From: Pachysolen tannophilus NRRL Y-2460
Lineage: Eukaryota
Assembly (NCBI GenBank): GCA_001661245.1
Contig: KV454013.1
Span: 962,502-1,026,501, forward strand
DNA: 64,000 nt
Reading direction: 5' to 3'
Each line of letters begins with the position of its first letter. Positions within the stretch are counted from its first letter, which is position 1. Positions 1 through 11,719 of the stretch are shown piece after piece. The position numbers and the translations under genes were made by a program. The notes below the pieces were generated by a model. It searched no databases and was not told the DNA's origin. It was given only the letters and a program-made list of their open reading frames with translations.

Positions 1-156
1 TTTTAAAACAAAATTTTCACGGTTAGTTTAAAGAAGAAGATGTTGTAGATTTTTTATTACTTATCAATATTATTGTTGAATAGAAGGACGAAAACAAATC
101 AAATAGATATATATATTATAACTATATTTCTATATCTATATACTGTTGGAAGGAAG

Positions 157-861
157 ATGAATTATGATTTGGAGATAAAGCAGTTGTTGACTTTAGAGAA
201 ATTAATCTTTTCATTAAGACCTGAGACGTCGGAGATAGAATCAGATTATTCACTTAGTAATATAACAATACCGAAATATCTTTTACGTCCATATTTATCC
301 AAAGTTATCAAGATTATTAAAAGAGAGTTTTTGGACAAGTTCCAATCTAATTATACCATGATTTGTCAAAGCTTTTTGAAGCAACAAAATGAAGAAGTCA
401 ATTCACTAATTGGAAGTTATGTACAGTTAATTCAAACAACAACTTTTATCAATTATATAAAATCATCGGATGACACTACTAAAAAGACACATTCACTCAA
501 GTTAAAAGAGTTTTATGAATCGGCATTTGATAGGTATGAAAATTCGGAGAAAGTATTTAAGGAAGGTTTTAGAGATAGGTATCATAGAATAGTGGGCAAA
601 ATCAATAAATTAATTGAAGATTATGAAATTATGAAATCCTATACAGTTGAAAGTAGTCATGATTGGCTAGGGCTAGAATTGGATGAACTTAATGAATATG
701 AAGGAATGATGGACGATCAAGCAGATATAACATTCTTGGAATTTTTGAGTTTGAAGGAAAAAAGAACAATGTTGAGAAATGAAATAGATGATGTATTAAT
801 GGACATGTTGAAATATACTAAATTGGAGGCAAGAGTTAATGGTCAGACAGTTAATCCTTGA
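157..861 (+). CDS. Hypothetical protein (~234 aa, charged, helical-looking), no family recognised
   Basis: Long ORF in AT-rich DNA; first in-frame ATG at 157 (the track starts at a TTG at 73). Confidence 0.55.
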   Translation: MNYDLEIKQLLTLEKLIFSLRPETSEIESDYSLSNITIPKYLLRPYLSKVIKIIKREFLDKFQSNYTMICQSFLKQQNEEVNSLIGSYVQLIQTTTFINYIKSSDDTTKKTHSLKLKEFYESAFDRYENSEKVFKEGFRDRYHRIVGKINKLIEDYEIMKSYTVESSHDWLGLELDELNEYEGMMDDQADITFLEFLSLKEKRTMLRNEIDDVLMDMLKYTKLEARVNGQTVNP

Positions 862-937
862 TAGTATGATTTCAAGTTTTAATGGGTTTACGGGAAAGGT
901 TTCCTCATTTTGTGTTTTATAAAGATTTTTTTACTCG

Positions 938-1001
938 TTTATTCATTTATTCATTTATTCATTTATTCATTTATTCATTTATTCATTTATTCATTTATTC
1001 A
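938..1001. repeat. (TTTATTCA)x8 tandem repeat
   Basis: Read directly; lies between two convergent gene ends. Confidence 0.95.
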
Positions 1002-1233
1002 TTCTGCTATTTTGGGTTTTTGGTATATATTATTTAATATTCCTTGAGTATAAATGGCAATCAGTTTGTCTTTCTAACCAGTTATCAGTATATAAATGTT
1101 GTTTGTTTTTTTGTTTTTTTCACCCTTTTTATTGATGATGAGATTCCAGGTTTAATGGTTACAATGTACTCCATATTCTTTTTAATAATAAATAAATAAA
1201 TAAATAAAACCATATTATAATATAAGTACAGTT

Positions 1234-2367
1234 TTAAAAATCAACAATCTTTGAAGGGAAAAATTCATCGATTAATTCTAGATAGTATGGCTTCAATTCT
1301 TCAATATTATATGTTACATCAGTCTTTGAATATAAATCATAAGGATTAAAAGCCTGAACTGCCTTCAACATTTGTTTATCGTGATCGTTCATCAAATATT
1401 GGTATTCCAATTCTGTATGTAAAGGGTAACAACTATGATATCTAATCATTGCCAAAGCTTCAGGTGGTAAAGTTGATGAATTTTTACAAATAGAGAAAAA
1501 ATATTCATCATGACCCCAAGAAATTAACACATTATCTAATCCACAATTTGCAGAATATATCCCATATTTCAAATTATATATTGGATTTTTAAAATCAGGG
1601 TTTCTTTTAAAATAATCATAAAATATAATTTTTTTAGAAAATTTACAACCAACGGGGAAAGTATCACCAACAACGTCCCATTGTCCCTTTGAATCATAAA
1701 AATATAATAATTTACCTAAATCATGAATTAGGCCAACCAACTGAAACCACCGGGGTTTATTATCTCTTCTTATTGCTTCTGCAGTCTGTATAGCATGATC
1801 TATTTGAGATAACTCAGTATCAGGATCACTCTCATCAATTAATTTATTCAATTTTTCCAATGCTTCCCATATCGTCATTCTATCTCTAATCTTTGTCTTA
1901 AAATTTATTCTTGCCTGAATATTATACTCAACCGTCTGCTTCTCATGTTGAGTCTTGTAAAAAGCTGCAACTTTATCCTTTGCCAACTCGTACTGTCTAT
2001 ATGTTTTAATATCTATATCATCGTACAACTTTGAATTCACTGAAGACATCCACTGAGGTTCTTCCACAACAATCTTCTCTCCTTCATCTTCACGTTTTCG
2101 TATTAATTTCTGAAGCTTCTTCAAATCTTTCTCCTTACTGGAAATTTCTTTTTGTTTTTTCTTTAATTCACTCTTCAATAAATTTATCGTTTGAATATCT
2201 TCATCTAATCTTTCCATTAAATAACCTTTATCTTTATTTTGTAAAACCGACGACAAAGATGACTGCAACTTCCCATGATTCTCGCCTACCCTTTTAGATA
2301 TCCTAGGAGAATCAGTATTCTCCTTATGAATAAGAGAAGAGATGGTTGGTTTGGTCATTCCAGACAT
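1234..2367 (-). CDS. MIOX: myo-inositol oxygenase
   Basis: DESDPD, HAIQTAEAIR, HDLGK, QWDVVGDTFPVGC, SWGHDEY and FNPYDLYSK motifs. Confidence 0.95.
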   Translation of the reverse strand: MSGMTKPTISSLIHKENTDSPRISKRVGENHGKLQSSLSSVLQNKDKGYLMERLDEDIQTINLLKSELKKKQKEISSKEKDLKKLQKLIRKREDEGEKIVVEEPQWMSSVNSKLYDDIDIKTYRQYELAKDKVAAFYKTQHEKQTVEYNIQARINFKTKIRDRMTIWEALEKLNKLIDESDPDTELSQIDHAIQTAEAIRRDNKPRWFQLVGLIHDLGKLLYFYDSKGQWDVVGDTFPVGCKFSKKIIFYDYFKRNPDFKNPIYNLKYGIYSANCGLDNVLISWGHDEYFFSICKNSSTLPPEALAMIRYHSCYPLHTELEYQYLMNDHDKQMLKAVQAFNPYDLYSKTDVTYNIEELKPYYLELIDEFFPSKIVDF

Positions 2368-2757
2368 CTTTAATACTTTTCTAATAAATATATTATATAT
2401 ATATAAATTATATATATTAAATGATACAAAAAAAAATTTCCTTTTTTAACTACAGTTAAATTTAATACTCTAAATAATACTAATGAATTAAATTGAAGTT
2501 AAATGATTGAATTAATGAAATAATATATAAACACAAAAGAGTCACCTGGAATAAAAAGGATTGAATTAAGCAGTCGAATTGTAAATTGTAAAGTAATTAA
2601 ATAAAAGAATAATAAAAAATAAAAATGAAAAAAAAAAAAAGTAAAGAAGAAGAATGAAAGAGAGTTATCAAGAATTTCAATATATAAATACAAAAAGTGT
2701 AATAAAAAAAAGAAAAGACTTATGTTATGAATTGTAAGGAATGGAATAATGGGTTGA

Positions 2758-4860
2758 TTATTCAAAGAGTTGAATAACACCGAAAGATTGTTCTATACCG
2801 TATGCACCTGGATCTTTCCAAAAGTCATCGTAAGTTGACAATATAGTACAAGAAGTTCCAACGGAATCCAAGATTCCCTTAATGGCGATTCTTTGGTTTT
2901 CAAGAGATGGAATGTTACCACCATTTTGGATACCAGCAGCTGGATAACCTGTTTCTGTAATGAAAACTTGCTTTCCTGTACAAATTCCTGCTACCAAATC
3001 GATTTGTCCCAGTACAAATGAACCTGCGGTTTCTGCTGTTGAATATACATCAAAGTAAGCATGAGTGTTGATTCCTACGAAATCAATCTCAGAATCTGTA
3101 CATAAACTTGGATTCTCTTCAAAAGTAACAGGTGCTTCAGCGGTAGTAACTAAACCTGTATAACCTGCAGCGATTAATTGAGCCTTAACTGAAGCAATCT
3201 TACTTATCAAGGCATCAACTGTGGTATAATTAGACAAAACAGCTTCGTTACCAATAGTGATAAATGTAAATAAATCCCAACCTTGTGTAGAATCATTTTG
3301 GACCCAATCAATCAAGTCAATGACTGAATCATCGATGGAATCAACTCCGCTGGAATCAATCCAGAAACCTTGATTAATTTTCAAACCCAATATTTCACAT
3401 GCAGGTTCAACGTTGGTAATTGAGTTACAGTCCGTTCCATAAATTCTAACAGATGATATTCCTTTACTAGCAATTAATTCCAAATCACTGTAAACGCTAT
3501 CATAGTCTTTACATGATCCGTCGTTGTTATAAGGACTGTAGACAATTGCAGTTGGAATTATCGTAGAAACAACAGATGAGGAAACACTAGCACTTGACGC
3601 AGCTTGAGAACTGGTGGTTGAAACTGTGGTTTCGGTGGAACTAGTGGATGATGAAGTTGCTGTAGAGCTAGTACTACTACTGGAACTGCTTGAACTAGAA
3701 GAACTAGTTGTTGTAGAGCTAGTAGAGCTAGATGAACTGGTTGAGCTAGTTGATGAAGTTTCTGTTGAAGTTGTACTGCTTGAGCTTGAAGAGCTTGTAG
3801 AGCTTGTTGAGCTAGTAGTTGAAGAAGTGGTACTAGTTGAGCTTGTAGTTGGGGAAGTGGTACTTGTTGAACTTGTAGAACTTGTTGAACTTGTGGTTGG
3901 TGAAGTAGTACTTGTTGAACTTGTTGAACTTGTAGTTGGTGAAGTAGTACTTGTAGAGCTTGTTGAGCTAGTAGTTGAGGAAGTGGTACTAGTTGAGCTA
4001 GTAGTTGGTGAAGTGGTACTAGTTGAACTTGTTGAACTTGTTGAGCTTGTGATTGGTGAAGTAGTACTTGTTGAACTTGTGGTTGGTGAAGTAGTACTAG
4101 TCGAACTTGTAGTTGGTGAAATAGTACTAATTGAGCTTGTAGTTGGTGAAGTGGTACTTGTTGAACTTGTTGAACTTGTTGAACTTGTAGAGCTTGTAGA
4201 GCTCGTTGAGCTTGTAGTACTTGTGGAGCTTGTAGAACTAGTAGAACTTGTTGAACTTGTGGTTGGTGAAGTGGTACTAGTTAAACTTGTTGAACTTGCA
4301 GTTGGTAAAGTGGTTGGTGAAGTAGTACTTGTTGAACTTGTTGAGCTTGTAGTACTTGTTGAACTTGTTGAGCTTGTAGTTGGTGAAGTGGTACTTGTTG
4401 AGCTTATTGAGCTTGTAGTACTTGTTGAGCTTGTTGAGCTTGTAGAACTAGTAGAACTTGTTGAGCTTGTGGTTGGTGAAGTGGTACTAGTTGAACTTGT
4501 TGCTTCCGCTGTGGAAGTGGTTGTAATTTGAGTTGTTGCAGTTGGAGAAGTGGATGCACTAGTATAGGTTTCATCCTGGGATAAAGTTGTGCTAGAATCG
4601 CCTACTAAAACGACTGTTTGTGTTGAGCTTTCAATTGAACTTGTTGATCCGGTCTCAGTATTTTTCAATGTAATAGTATATGTTTCCGTTCCCGAAATCA
4701 AAATTTCAACCGCTGGTACATAAATTGTAGTACCAACCTCGGTATCTGTCTTGGTAACATCCGTTGTTTCTGTATGGTACCTTGTTACAACAACAGGTAA
4801 AGCTGCCGAATAATGGATTAATAATACCAAAACTGGGAGAATTTTCAAAATTTGATTCAT
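2758..4860 (-). CDS. SCW11: Secreted GH17 glucanase-like cell-wall protein with long Ser/Thr-rich stalk
   Basis: Signal peptide, S/T repeats, then [33 protein letters not shown] and [14 protein letters not shown]. Confidence 0.9.
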   Translation of the reverse strand: MNQILKILPVLVLLIHYSAALPVVVTRYHTETTDVTKTDTEVGTTIYVPAVEILISGTETYTITLKNTETGSTSSIESSTQTVVLVGDSSTTLSQDETYTSASTSPTATTQITTTSTAEATSSTSTTSPTTSSTSSTSSTSSTSSTSTTSSISSTSTTSPTTSSTSSTSTTSSTSSTSTTSPTTLPTASSTSLTSTTSPTTSSTSSTSSTSSTSTTSSTSSTSSTSSTSSTSSTSTTSPTTSSISTISPTTSSTSTTSPTTSSTSTTSPITSSTSSTSSTSTTSPTTSSTSTTSSTTSSTSSTSTTSPTTSSTSSTSTTSPTTSSTSSTSSTSTTSPTTSSTSTTSSTTSSTSSTSSSSSSSTTSTETSSTSSTSSSSSTSSTTTSSSSSSSSSSSTSSTATSSSTSSTETTVSTTSSQAASSASVSSSVVSTIIPTAIVYSPYNNDGSCKDYDSVYSDLELIASKGISSVRIYGTDCNSITNVEPACEILGLKINQGFWIDSSGVDSIDDSVIDLIDWVQNDSTQGWDLFTFITIGNEAVLSNYTTVDALISKIASVKAQLIAAGYTGLVTTAEAPVTFEENPSLCTDSEIDFVGINTHAYFDVYSTAETAGSFVLGQIDLVAGICTGKQVFITETGYPAAGIQNGGNIPSLENQRIAIKGILDSVGTSCTILSTYDDFWKDPGAYGIEQSFGVIQLFE
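3600..4530 (-). repeat. Intragenic degenerate repeat encoding STS/TTSPTT units
   Basis: Repeated 9-18 nt units such as GTTGAACTT and GTTGGTGAAGTAGTACTT on the + strand; boundaries approximate. Confidence 0.9.
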
Positions 4861-5441
4861 CTTGGATATTGAAAAGTTAAAATAAAGTCAAAAAAATTTT
4901 TTTAAAAAAAGAAGAAGACTTGATAACCTGTTAACTTTTTGTCTCTTCAAAAATATGGATATAAATAAAGAACAATGAAAACTTCAGAATATATTTATTT
5001 CAAAGCAATATAAAAAAAATAATAAAATAAAATAATAATAAAAAAAAAAAATTAATTGGGTATACAATTAAGATAATTGAGCTAAATTGAATGAATGAGT
5101 GAATAAATTGAGTTTTGGAAAAAATTCAATTTGAAAAACTTGTTCAATAGTATTCATCCAAATAGAATTTGTTTAGCTTAAAAGAAAACTTGAAGGTACA
5201 AAAAAATAACAACTGAAAGAAAAAAGGAAACCGTGAGCAGCTCTAGTCTAGTCAAAACTTGATAGTTAGTGAGTGCTTCAGTAATTATAAATGTATCTTT
5301 GTCTTGGCTTTTCAAAGGAAATTGATAATAACGACAAAAGAATATACTTATATACTTTGTTCTATCTTACGTTTTCACAGGAATATTAAGCCGAAGCTTA
5401 ATCTAAAACCTACATAAAATAGTTCATTAGCAAAATGCATT

Positions 5442-5819
5442 GCTGGTTATTGGAATATATCTTCAATTGTAACTTCTTAGAAGTGATTGAAGTAATTGAA
5501 AGATACTTGAATAGTTTTCGTTCATTCTCTCAAACCAGCCATGCATATTTATGTACTATTTAAACGAGATCTTTATTGTGAGGCTCCTATTACTGAAATT
5601 AACGAGATGAAAGAGATTACATATTATTTCCTTTTTAGGCAGTATATGCACGTAATTTTGTAGTTTCATGTTGTTTTCAGTTGTATTCAGCGCTTTCAAC
5701 AAGCGTAGAAAAAGCGGGTTACGTAATGAGCCAAAATGGCAGATGCTTTTCTGCTTTTTGTTTGAGGTATTAAACCTGCAGGAGAAGAAATGGATTCTAC
5801 GGACGAAGAGATGGCTGGT
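5442..5819. promoter_or_regulatory. Three Ace2/Swi5-type ACCAGC sites upstream of SCW11
   Basis: GCTGGT 5442-5447, ACCAGC 5534-5539, GCTGGT 5814-5819; SCW11 is an Ace2 target in other yeasts. Confidence 0.55.
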
Positions 5820-6359
5820 CTGATGATTTTAACTGTTTATAGTGATATTAAAATTTTATATGTATGTTATGCACCTTGTACTATTCACAGGTTAGAAAGT
5901 TGAAGTTTAAGCGAAGCTCGTGCCATAGTAACTCTGTAACAGAACGATTAAATTTTCCTAATCAGTGAAGAATTCAACTTTATCTGTTAATTTTTAATTT
6001 TTTTTTTTTTTTTCAATATTTTCCTTTAATATGCTTACTACACATTCATTCATCGATTACGATGACATATTACAGAATTGTACTAATGCAAGATGTGCAA
6101 GTTTCATCGTTAAAATTCATGTTTAAACATGAAGGAACAAAAAATAATCTTCTCGGATAACCACTATGCATCTAGTTTGTTCAAAAAATAACAGTGAAAT
6201 AATTATAGTCTCTATCTTGTAACTAATCACATTGACGTCAAAATGAAATCGAAGATGAAAAAAAAAAAACATGAAAAAAAAAAAAATATGGGAGCGAGAG
6301 TTTAACGAAAATGCAAATGCAATGAGAATGACAATTGAGATTTAGCAGAAAGTCCTGGT

Positions 6360-7370
6360 TCAAAGAATAGGTCTTGGGATTTGAAAATCCAAAGACAAAT
6401 ACCCAGATCTTCGAGGAGAAATCAATTTAATTCCTCTTTCCTTTAATATTCCGTTATTATTCAACTCGGAAACATATTTTTCCAATTCTTTCAGTTGTAA
6501 TCTATCATTCATTACATTATTGAAGAAATGTGAAGATAAGGATAAAGTTAAAGTATCTAAAATTCCCCAAAAGATATTACTATAATTTTGAGCATCATAA
6601 ATTTTTTTCAAATATGCATTAATTTGGTTAATAATTTCTTGAAATTCTTTTAAATTTAAATAATTTGATAAAGGTGATACAGATGATACTCCAAAAAATT
6701 GATCTCTATGTTTACCTCTTATTATAAATTTCCGATCCTCATTAGAATCTGATGATACTATTAATTTCCCACTTAAGCATTCTGTATTATTTGTAGACAG
6801 TAGATAGGGATCAATTAAAGCTGCTTTTTCATACCCAGGAAGAACATTTGAAAATTTTGGATATGCATCTCCAATAACATCGTAACGTCTTGGAATTCTA
6901 ACTATTCTTGTTTTATTAAATTGATCCTGTCCCATTTCAACGTAAGGATTGGGGAAATGGGTTATCACCAAGGGCTGTTCATTTCTAAGAGAAATCTTTG
7001 ATGAATCTAATTTAAAATAATCATAAACTGAATATTCATTGTAATTGAAAAATAATAATTCGTCGTTATTGGATTCTGTATCCCCAGTAGCAGCACCAGT
7101 ACCAGCACTAGCACCAAGAGCACCAGCACCACCAGCAGTACCAGAATAATTTCCTTTTTGATTTTCCTGACTATATCCAGTGTGTTTCTTTGCAGATATA
7201 GAATCTCCCAGTTCAATAGCTTCAAATTTATCATTCAAAGTATTCATCAGCGAAACATTATTATTAATATTATTATTATTAATATTATTATTATTATTAA
7301 ACGAAGAAGTAAGAGATATAGATATTGGCCTTGTCTCGTCTATTGTTGCTGATGATGATTTGAGTGACAT
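6360..7370 (-). CDS. ERF4: Ras palmitoyltransferase accessory subunit Erf4/Shr5
   Basis: THFPNPY, TRIVRIPRRY, SPLSNYL and C-terminal SPRRSGYLSLDFQIPRP. Confidence 0.85.
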   Translation of the reverse strand: MSLKSSSATIDETRPISISLTSSFNNNNNINNNNINNNVSLMNTLNDKFEAIELGDSISAKKHTGYSQENQKGNYSGTAGGAGALGASAGTGAATGDTESNNDELLFFNYNEYSVYDYFKLDSSKISLRNEQPLVITHFPNPYVEMGQDQFNKTRIVRIPRRYDVIGDAYPKFSNVLPGYEKAALIDPYLLSTNNTECLSGKLIVSSDSNEDRKFIIRGKHRDQFFGVSSVSPLSNYLNLKEFQEIINQINAYLKKIYDAQNYSNIFWGILDTLTLSLSSHFFNNVMNDRLQLKELEKYVSELNNNGILKERGIKLISPRRSGYLSLDFQIPRPIL

Positions 7371-8093
7371 CTTTTTTAAACCTTCATTTAAACAATTTTA
7401 CAGTTTAAATATAATTTACCTTTTATCTTACGGTTGATTGTATGTGCAGAACACTTTTGCTTCATCACAAATAAAATTAAGACATAACTATCTATACACG
7501 ACCCATTTTCAACCCATTATCATTATCATCATCACCACCATCATCATCAAGATTCAACACAAGGCATACAATAAGCTAATCAGTTCATTAGTCACTTATA
7601 TTCTATTCCTTAATAGTGGTGGAAACTACAAGTATGCATTAATTCATTAAAACCCACAATTGTTATTATATAAAAAAATAATACAACATATATATATATA
7701 TATATATATAAAGTATCAGGGACGTTTTATAAATCTCCCGATACTTTTGTTCAAAAAGAAAAAAGAAATACACAAAGAAAAAAATAAAAATATAAAAGGT
7801 TTTTAAAATTAAAAAAAATAGTATCCTCCTATAGAGAGAGAATTAAAGGTATAAAAGAAAAAAACGATTGGGTCAAAACAAAACAAATTTGAAACAAAAA
7901 ACAAAAAAAAAAAAAGAAAAAAATATACTGTTATTAATATTAACTGTAGAGTTTAGTTAAGTTTGAGTAGAGTAGCATTACCTTTTTTTTCTTTATTATT
8001 GCCTTTTGACGTTTCAAGTGAGTGAAAAAAAAAAATAATAATAATAAGCATCTGGGAGTTTATATTTCTAAAACTTTTCACATTCATTTTTTT

Positions 8094-8366
8094 TTAACAT
8101 AATAAAGCAATGGCACCTGCAACAGCAGCGGCAACGGCAACTCCGACTCCAGAGTCCTTGGTGAAGCCTTGGGCAGCGTTGGAACTTGAACTCGAGGATC
8201 TATATGGCAAAAACAAGAGTTAGTTAGTAACAAACCGTTTTGAATCAAACCTGTTATGAAAAAAAAATGAAATGAAAACAACTTACGATGAAGATGAGTT
8301 TGAGGCTGCGTCAACCGAGACAGCAGCAAAAGTGGCGGCAATAATTAAAGCTTGTTTGAATTGCAT
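8094..8366 (-). CDS. Spliced 61-aa HOR7/DDR2-like stress microprotein; exons 8366-8287 and 8199-8094
   Basis: [61 protein letters not shown]; intron 8286-8200 with GTAAGT, TACTAAC (8229-8223) and TAG; frame preserved across the splice. Confidence 0.88.
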
Positions 8367-10621
8367 TTTTGATAATACTTGTGAAATTAATTGAATTCTC
8401 TTTTCCTTTCTTTCTTTTCTTATTTAAGTAATTATATTACCGCTCTATATCAATACTGACTATTAAATAAAATATTACAATATAAAATCAAAATTATTAA
8501 AAAATTTTATATATAAAGAAAAAAAAACTAAAGGAAATTCAATTCAATTTATATTTTATATCAATATATACTAGTGATTTTTTTTTTACTCCATAATACA
8601 TATGGATACATTTTACATATTTTACCTAGTTTTTTTTTATTTTTATTTTTATTTTTATTTTTAATTGTTATTTTTATTTTTATCTATTATTATTGTCTCT
8701 TAGTGTCTTAGCTAAAAGAGCAAACTTAATTTTTCATTTGCTGCGGTCAATTTCCTAATTGTTATAGTTGCTAACCGTTCCAAGTGACAAAAGAACCTTT
8801 TTTTTTGCCTTATTAAGATGGAACTACCAACTCGAAATTGCCTGTTTAGTCTACGTACCCTGGGGTCAAATTTCGGATTAAAGTTTCTGTACAATAAATA
8901 AAAGAATGAACGACGTCGAAAGGTAAATTAAAAAAAAAGAAAGATTTACAATTTATGGTATTAAGTAAAAGTACCTTCTAAGCTATGCCCAAAAAAAAAG
9001 TAAAACAGAAAAAAGTGTCATCTCAGGTCTAGCTTTGGTAGTTATAATCTCTTTGGTAAAAACTCTTGAATCTGCCTATTTTTTTTTTTATTTATTTATT
9101 TATTTATTTCAGTTTTTCGCCCATTATAGTAGGCTTGGATTGAGGTTGGTTGGGTATAATTCTCCGAGTAATTTGGTGGTGGCTTTAAGCCCTGAGTTTT
9201 AATCCTCGAAAATATAACATTATAAGTTGGAACGGCTACAGTTTACAAGTTACATGTTACATATACACATTTACAAATGCTTGTAAAGAAGATTTATTCT
9301 CTTATTGGCTACTTATTGTGGGTATATTATTATTTTTCGATCCTTTTCAAATATTACATAAATCGAAAAAGGTAATTTTAATTCCAATTCTAAACAATGG
9401 TATAGCCTTCATTAGTAGTAGTAGTAGTAAGTAGTATTAGTCTCTTGGCTTTTTCATGTTGTGTATGTAACATTTATTTATTTATTTATTTATTTATTCA
9501 ATTCTCCTTAGGGTTAAAAACTAAATTTGCCGCTTTTCCTTTTGAAATTTTTTTTTTACTTTAATTTAAAACTATTACGTACGTTAGAATAGCAAGTTTC
9601 TATTGGAAATGCAGGCACAGAAAAGAAATAAAAATATATATACACACCCAATATAAGCCGAATTGACCCTATTTAAAAAAATTAAATGTAACTATATCCT
9701 GATGATGATTCATAGGGATAATTTTTCTTTATTTGCGAGTTCATAGAAGAGCAAAATACTAAAGGGGAGTTGTTTGGAAGCAAAACATGGTTAAACTTAA
9801 TTTATAGCAAGCAATAAATTTGAGTTTTCAAATTTGGAATACTGAAAAAGAAAAAAGAAAAAAGAAAAAAAAAAATAAAATTTTTTCTCTCTCTCTTATT
9901 TCGAAAAAATTTAAGCATAAAAATAGGGTTCATCTTCTTCGATATATAGCCTACTTTTCTTTTATTTATTCTTGTTGTGGCCAGTTACCTATTCGTATTC
10001 GTTTATTGTATAGATATAGTTAAATTAGTTGGCTTTAATATCTGCTATCTGCTATCCGCTATCTGTTGTCTGCCTTTTGGTCTGCCTTTTGGTCTGCCTT
10101 TTGGTTTGCTTGCAGCCGCCGCCCCTTTCTTTTTCCTACCGGGTTTCTCCACGGGCTTCTCCATGGGGCTCCTCCATGGGAAACCGTTTTTCCTTCACAC
10201 ACTCTCAAAGTTAAATTTACTACTTACTTTTCCTCTTCCCCCAAGTAAGTGGTTTGATTACAAGGAGATTTATCTCAATAGCAGTGAAAAAGAGAGAAAA
10301 AAATACAAATGGGTCTCCCTATTTACTGCAACAGATTGAACTTCACTTGCATATATGGATGAGGCAAAAGGAAAAACTGGTCGTTTTGCGTATATCAAGT
10401 TTGGTAATTACAATTCCGAAGTCTTTAATGGTGACGATGGAAAATCGACAGATAAACATATGGTGATGTAAATTGATTTGCCGAAGAGTTATGATATAAA
10501 TACTGTCTTGAAGAAGTTGGAAAGAGGTTAAGAGTTTGTTTATTTGTTTGTTTGTTTGTTTCTCAAAAAAAACATTTTGGGAAGAAGGTCAAAAAAAAAA
10601 AATAAAAAAATAAAAAAAAGT

Positions 10622-11719
10622 ATGGGTTTTGAAAAAAGAGAAATAGTTGTTGTTGGTGCAGGTGTCATAGGACTTAGTATAGCCCATGAATTAGCTGAAG
10701 CTAATTATAAAGTTATTGTGATTGCATCACATTTTCCAACTGATCCATTATCTAGCCGTTATACTTCATCATGGGCTGGTGCTCATTTTAGACCTTTCCC
10801 CTTGGTACAACCTCATGATAAAAGAGAACGTTTATATTCTCTTGTGACACTTGAAAAATTTACAAGGATGTCACAACAAGAACCAGAATCTTCTATAAGA
10901 ATGATAAAAGGTATTGAATACCTTGAAGATCCAAGTAAAGAATATATTATGGATTCTGGTTATTCTGATGGTATTAAAGATTTTAGAAAATTATCTAAAT
11001 ATGAACTTCCAGATGAAGATGTAAAACTTGGTACTGAATATGAAACTTGGTGTGTTAATGCTCCACATTATTTATTATATTTATACAATAAATTGAAATT
11101 TAAATATGGGGTGGAATTTGTTAAACAAGAACTTAATTGTTTAAAACAAGTTTTTTATTTTTACCCCAATATTTCAGGTATTGTTAATGCTACTGCATTT
11201 GGTCTTCAATATGATGGTTCTTATGATCCACTTTGTTATCCAATTAGAGGCCAAACATTACTTATTAGAGCTCCATTGAATAAACAGTGTCGTTATGAAA
11301 ATCAAACTATAACAAGACAAACAAAAGATGGAAAATGGTCATTTATTATCCCAAGACCTATTAATGGAGGAATTATTTTAGGTGGTACTAAACAATTGGA
11401 TATCTTGGATACAAAACCAAGATTACAAGATACTGAACAATTGATCGAATTGGGTAAAAAATTCTTCCCAGAATTATTAATTGAAAATCCAAATACTGGT
11501 GAAAAATTTTTTGATATTCAACATATTAATGTGGGTTTTAGACCCGCTCGTAAATCTGGTAGTAGAGTAGAACTAGAAAAAATAATTGACAATGAAAGAA
11601 ATTTAAATAAATTCATCGTTCATGCTTATGGTGTTGGTGGTATGGGATATGAAGTTTCTTTTGGAATTGCATCCAAAGTTGTGTCTTTGGTGGAAGCAGG
11701 AAGATTGTCAAAGTTGTAA
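10622..11719 (+). CDS. Peroxisomal D-amino-acid/D-aspartate oxidase
   Basis: VVGAGVIG FAD motif, YTSSWAGAH, PIRGQ, VGFRPAR, HAYGVGGMGYE and C-terminal SKL (PTS1); ATG at 10622. Confidence 0.92.
   Translation: MGFEKREIVVVGAGVIGLSIAHELAEANYKVIVIASHFPTDPLSSRYTSSWAGAHFRPFPLVQPHDKRERLYSLVTLEKFTRMSQQEPESSIRMIKGIEYLEDPSKEYIMDSGYSDGIKDFRKLSKYELPDEDVKLGTEYETWCVNAPHYLLYLYNKLKFKYGVEFVKQELNCLKQVFYFYPNISGIVNATAFGLQYDGSYDPLCYPIRGQTLLIRAPLNKQCRYENQTITRQTKDGKWSFIIPRPINGGIILGGTKQLDILDTKPRLQDTEQLIELGKKFFPELLIENPNTGEKFFDIQHINVGFRPARKSGSRVELEKIIDNERNLNKFIVHAYGVGGMGYEVSFGIASKVVSLVEAGRLSKL

Noticed and set aside
3614..4531. 305-aa V/E/L-repeat ORF on the + strand
   Set aside because: Antisense shadow of the Ser/Thr repeat of SCW11.
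8084..8396. Track ORF 8084-8341 (-) and small + ORFs (MAPATAAA..., MKTTYDED...)
   Set aside because: Alternative-frame or antisense shadows of the spliced HOR7/DDR2-like gene.
10068..10105. TGCCTTTTGG resembling the U2 snRNA 5' region
   Set aside because: It is a tandem repeat lacking the following CTTAGATCAAGTGTAGTA.
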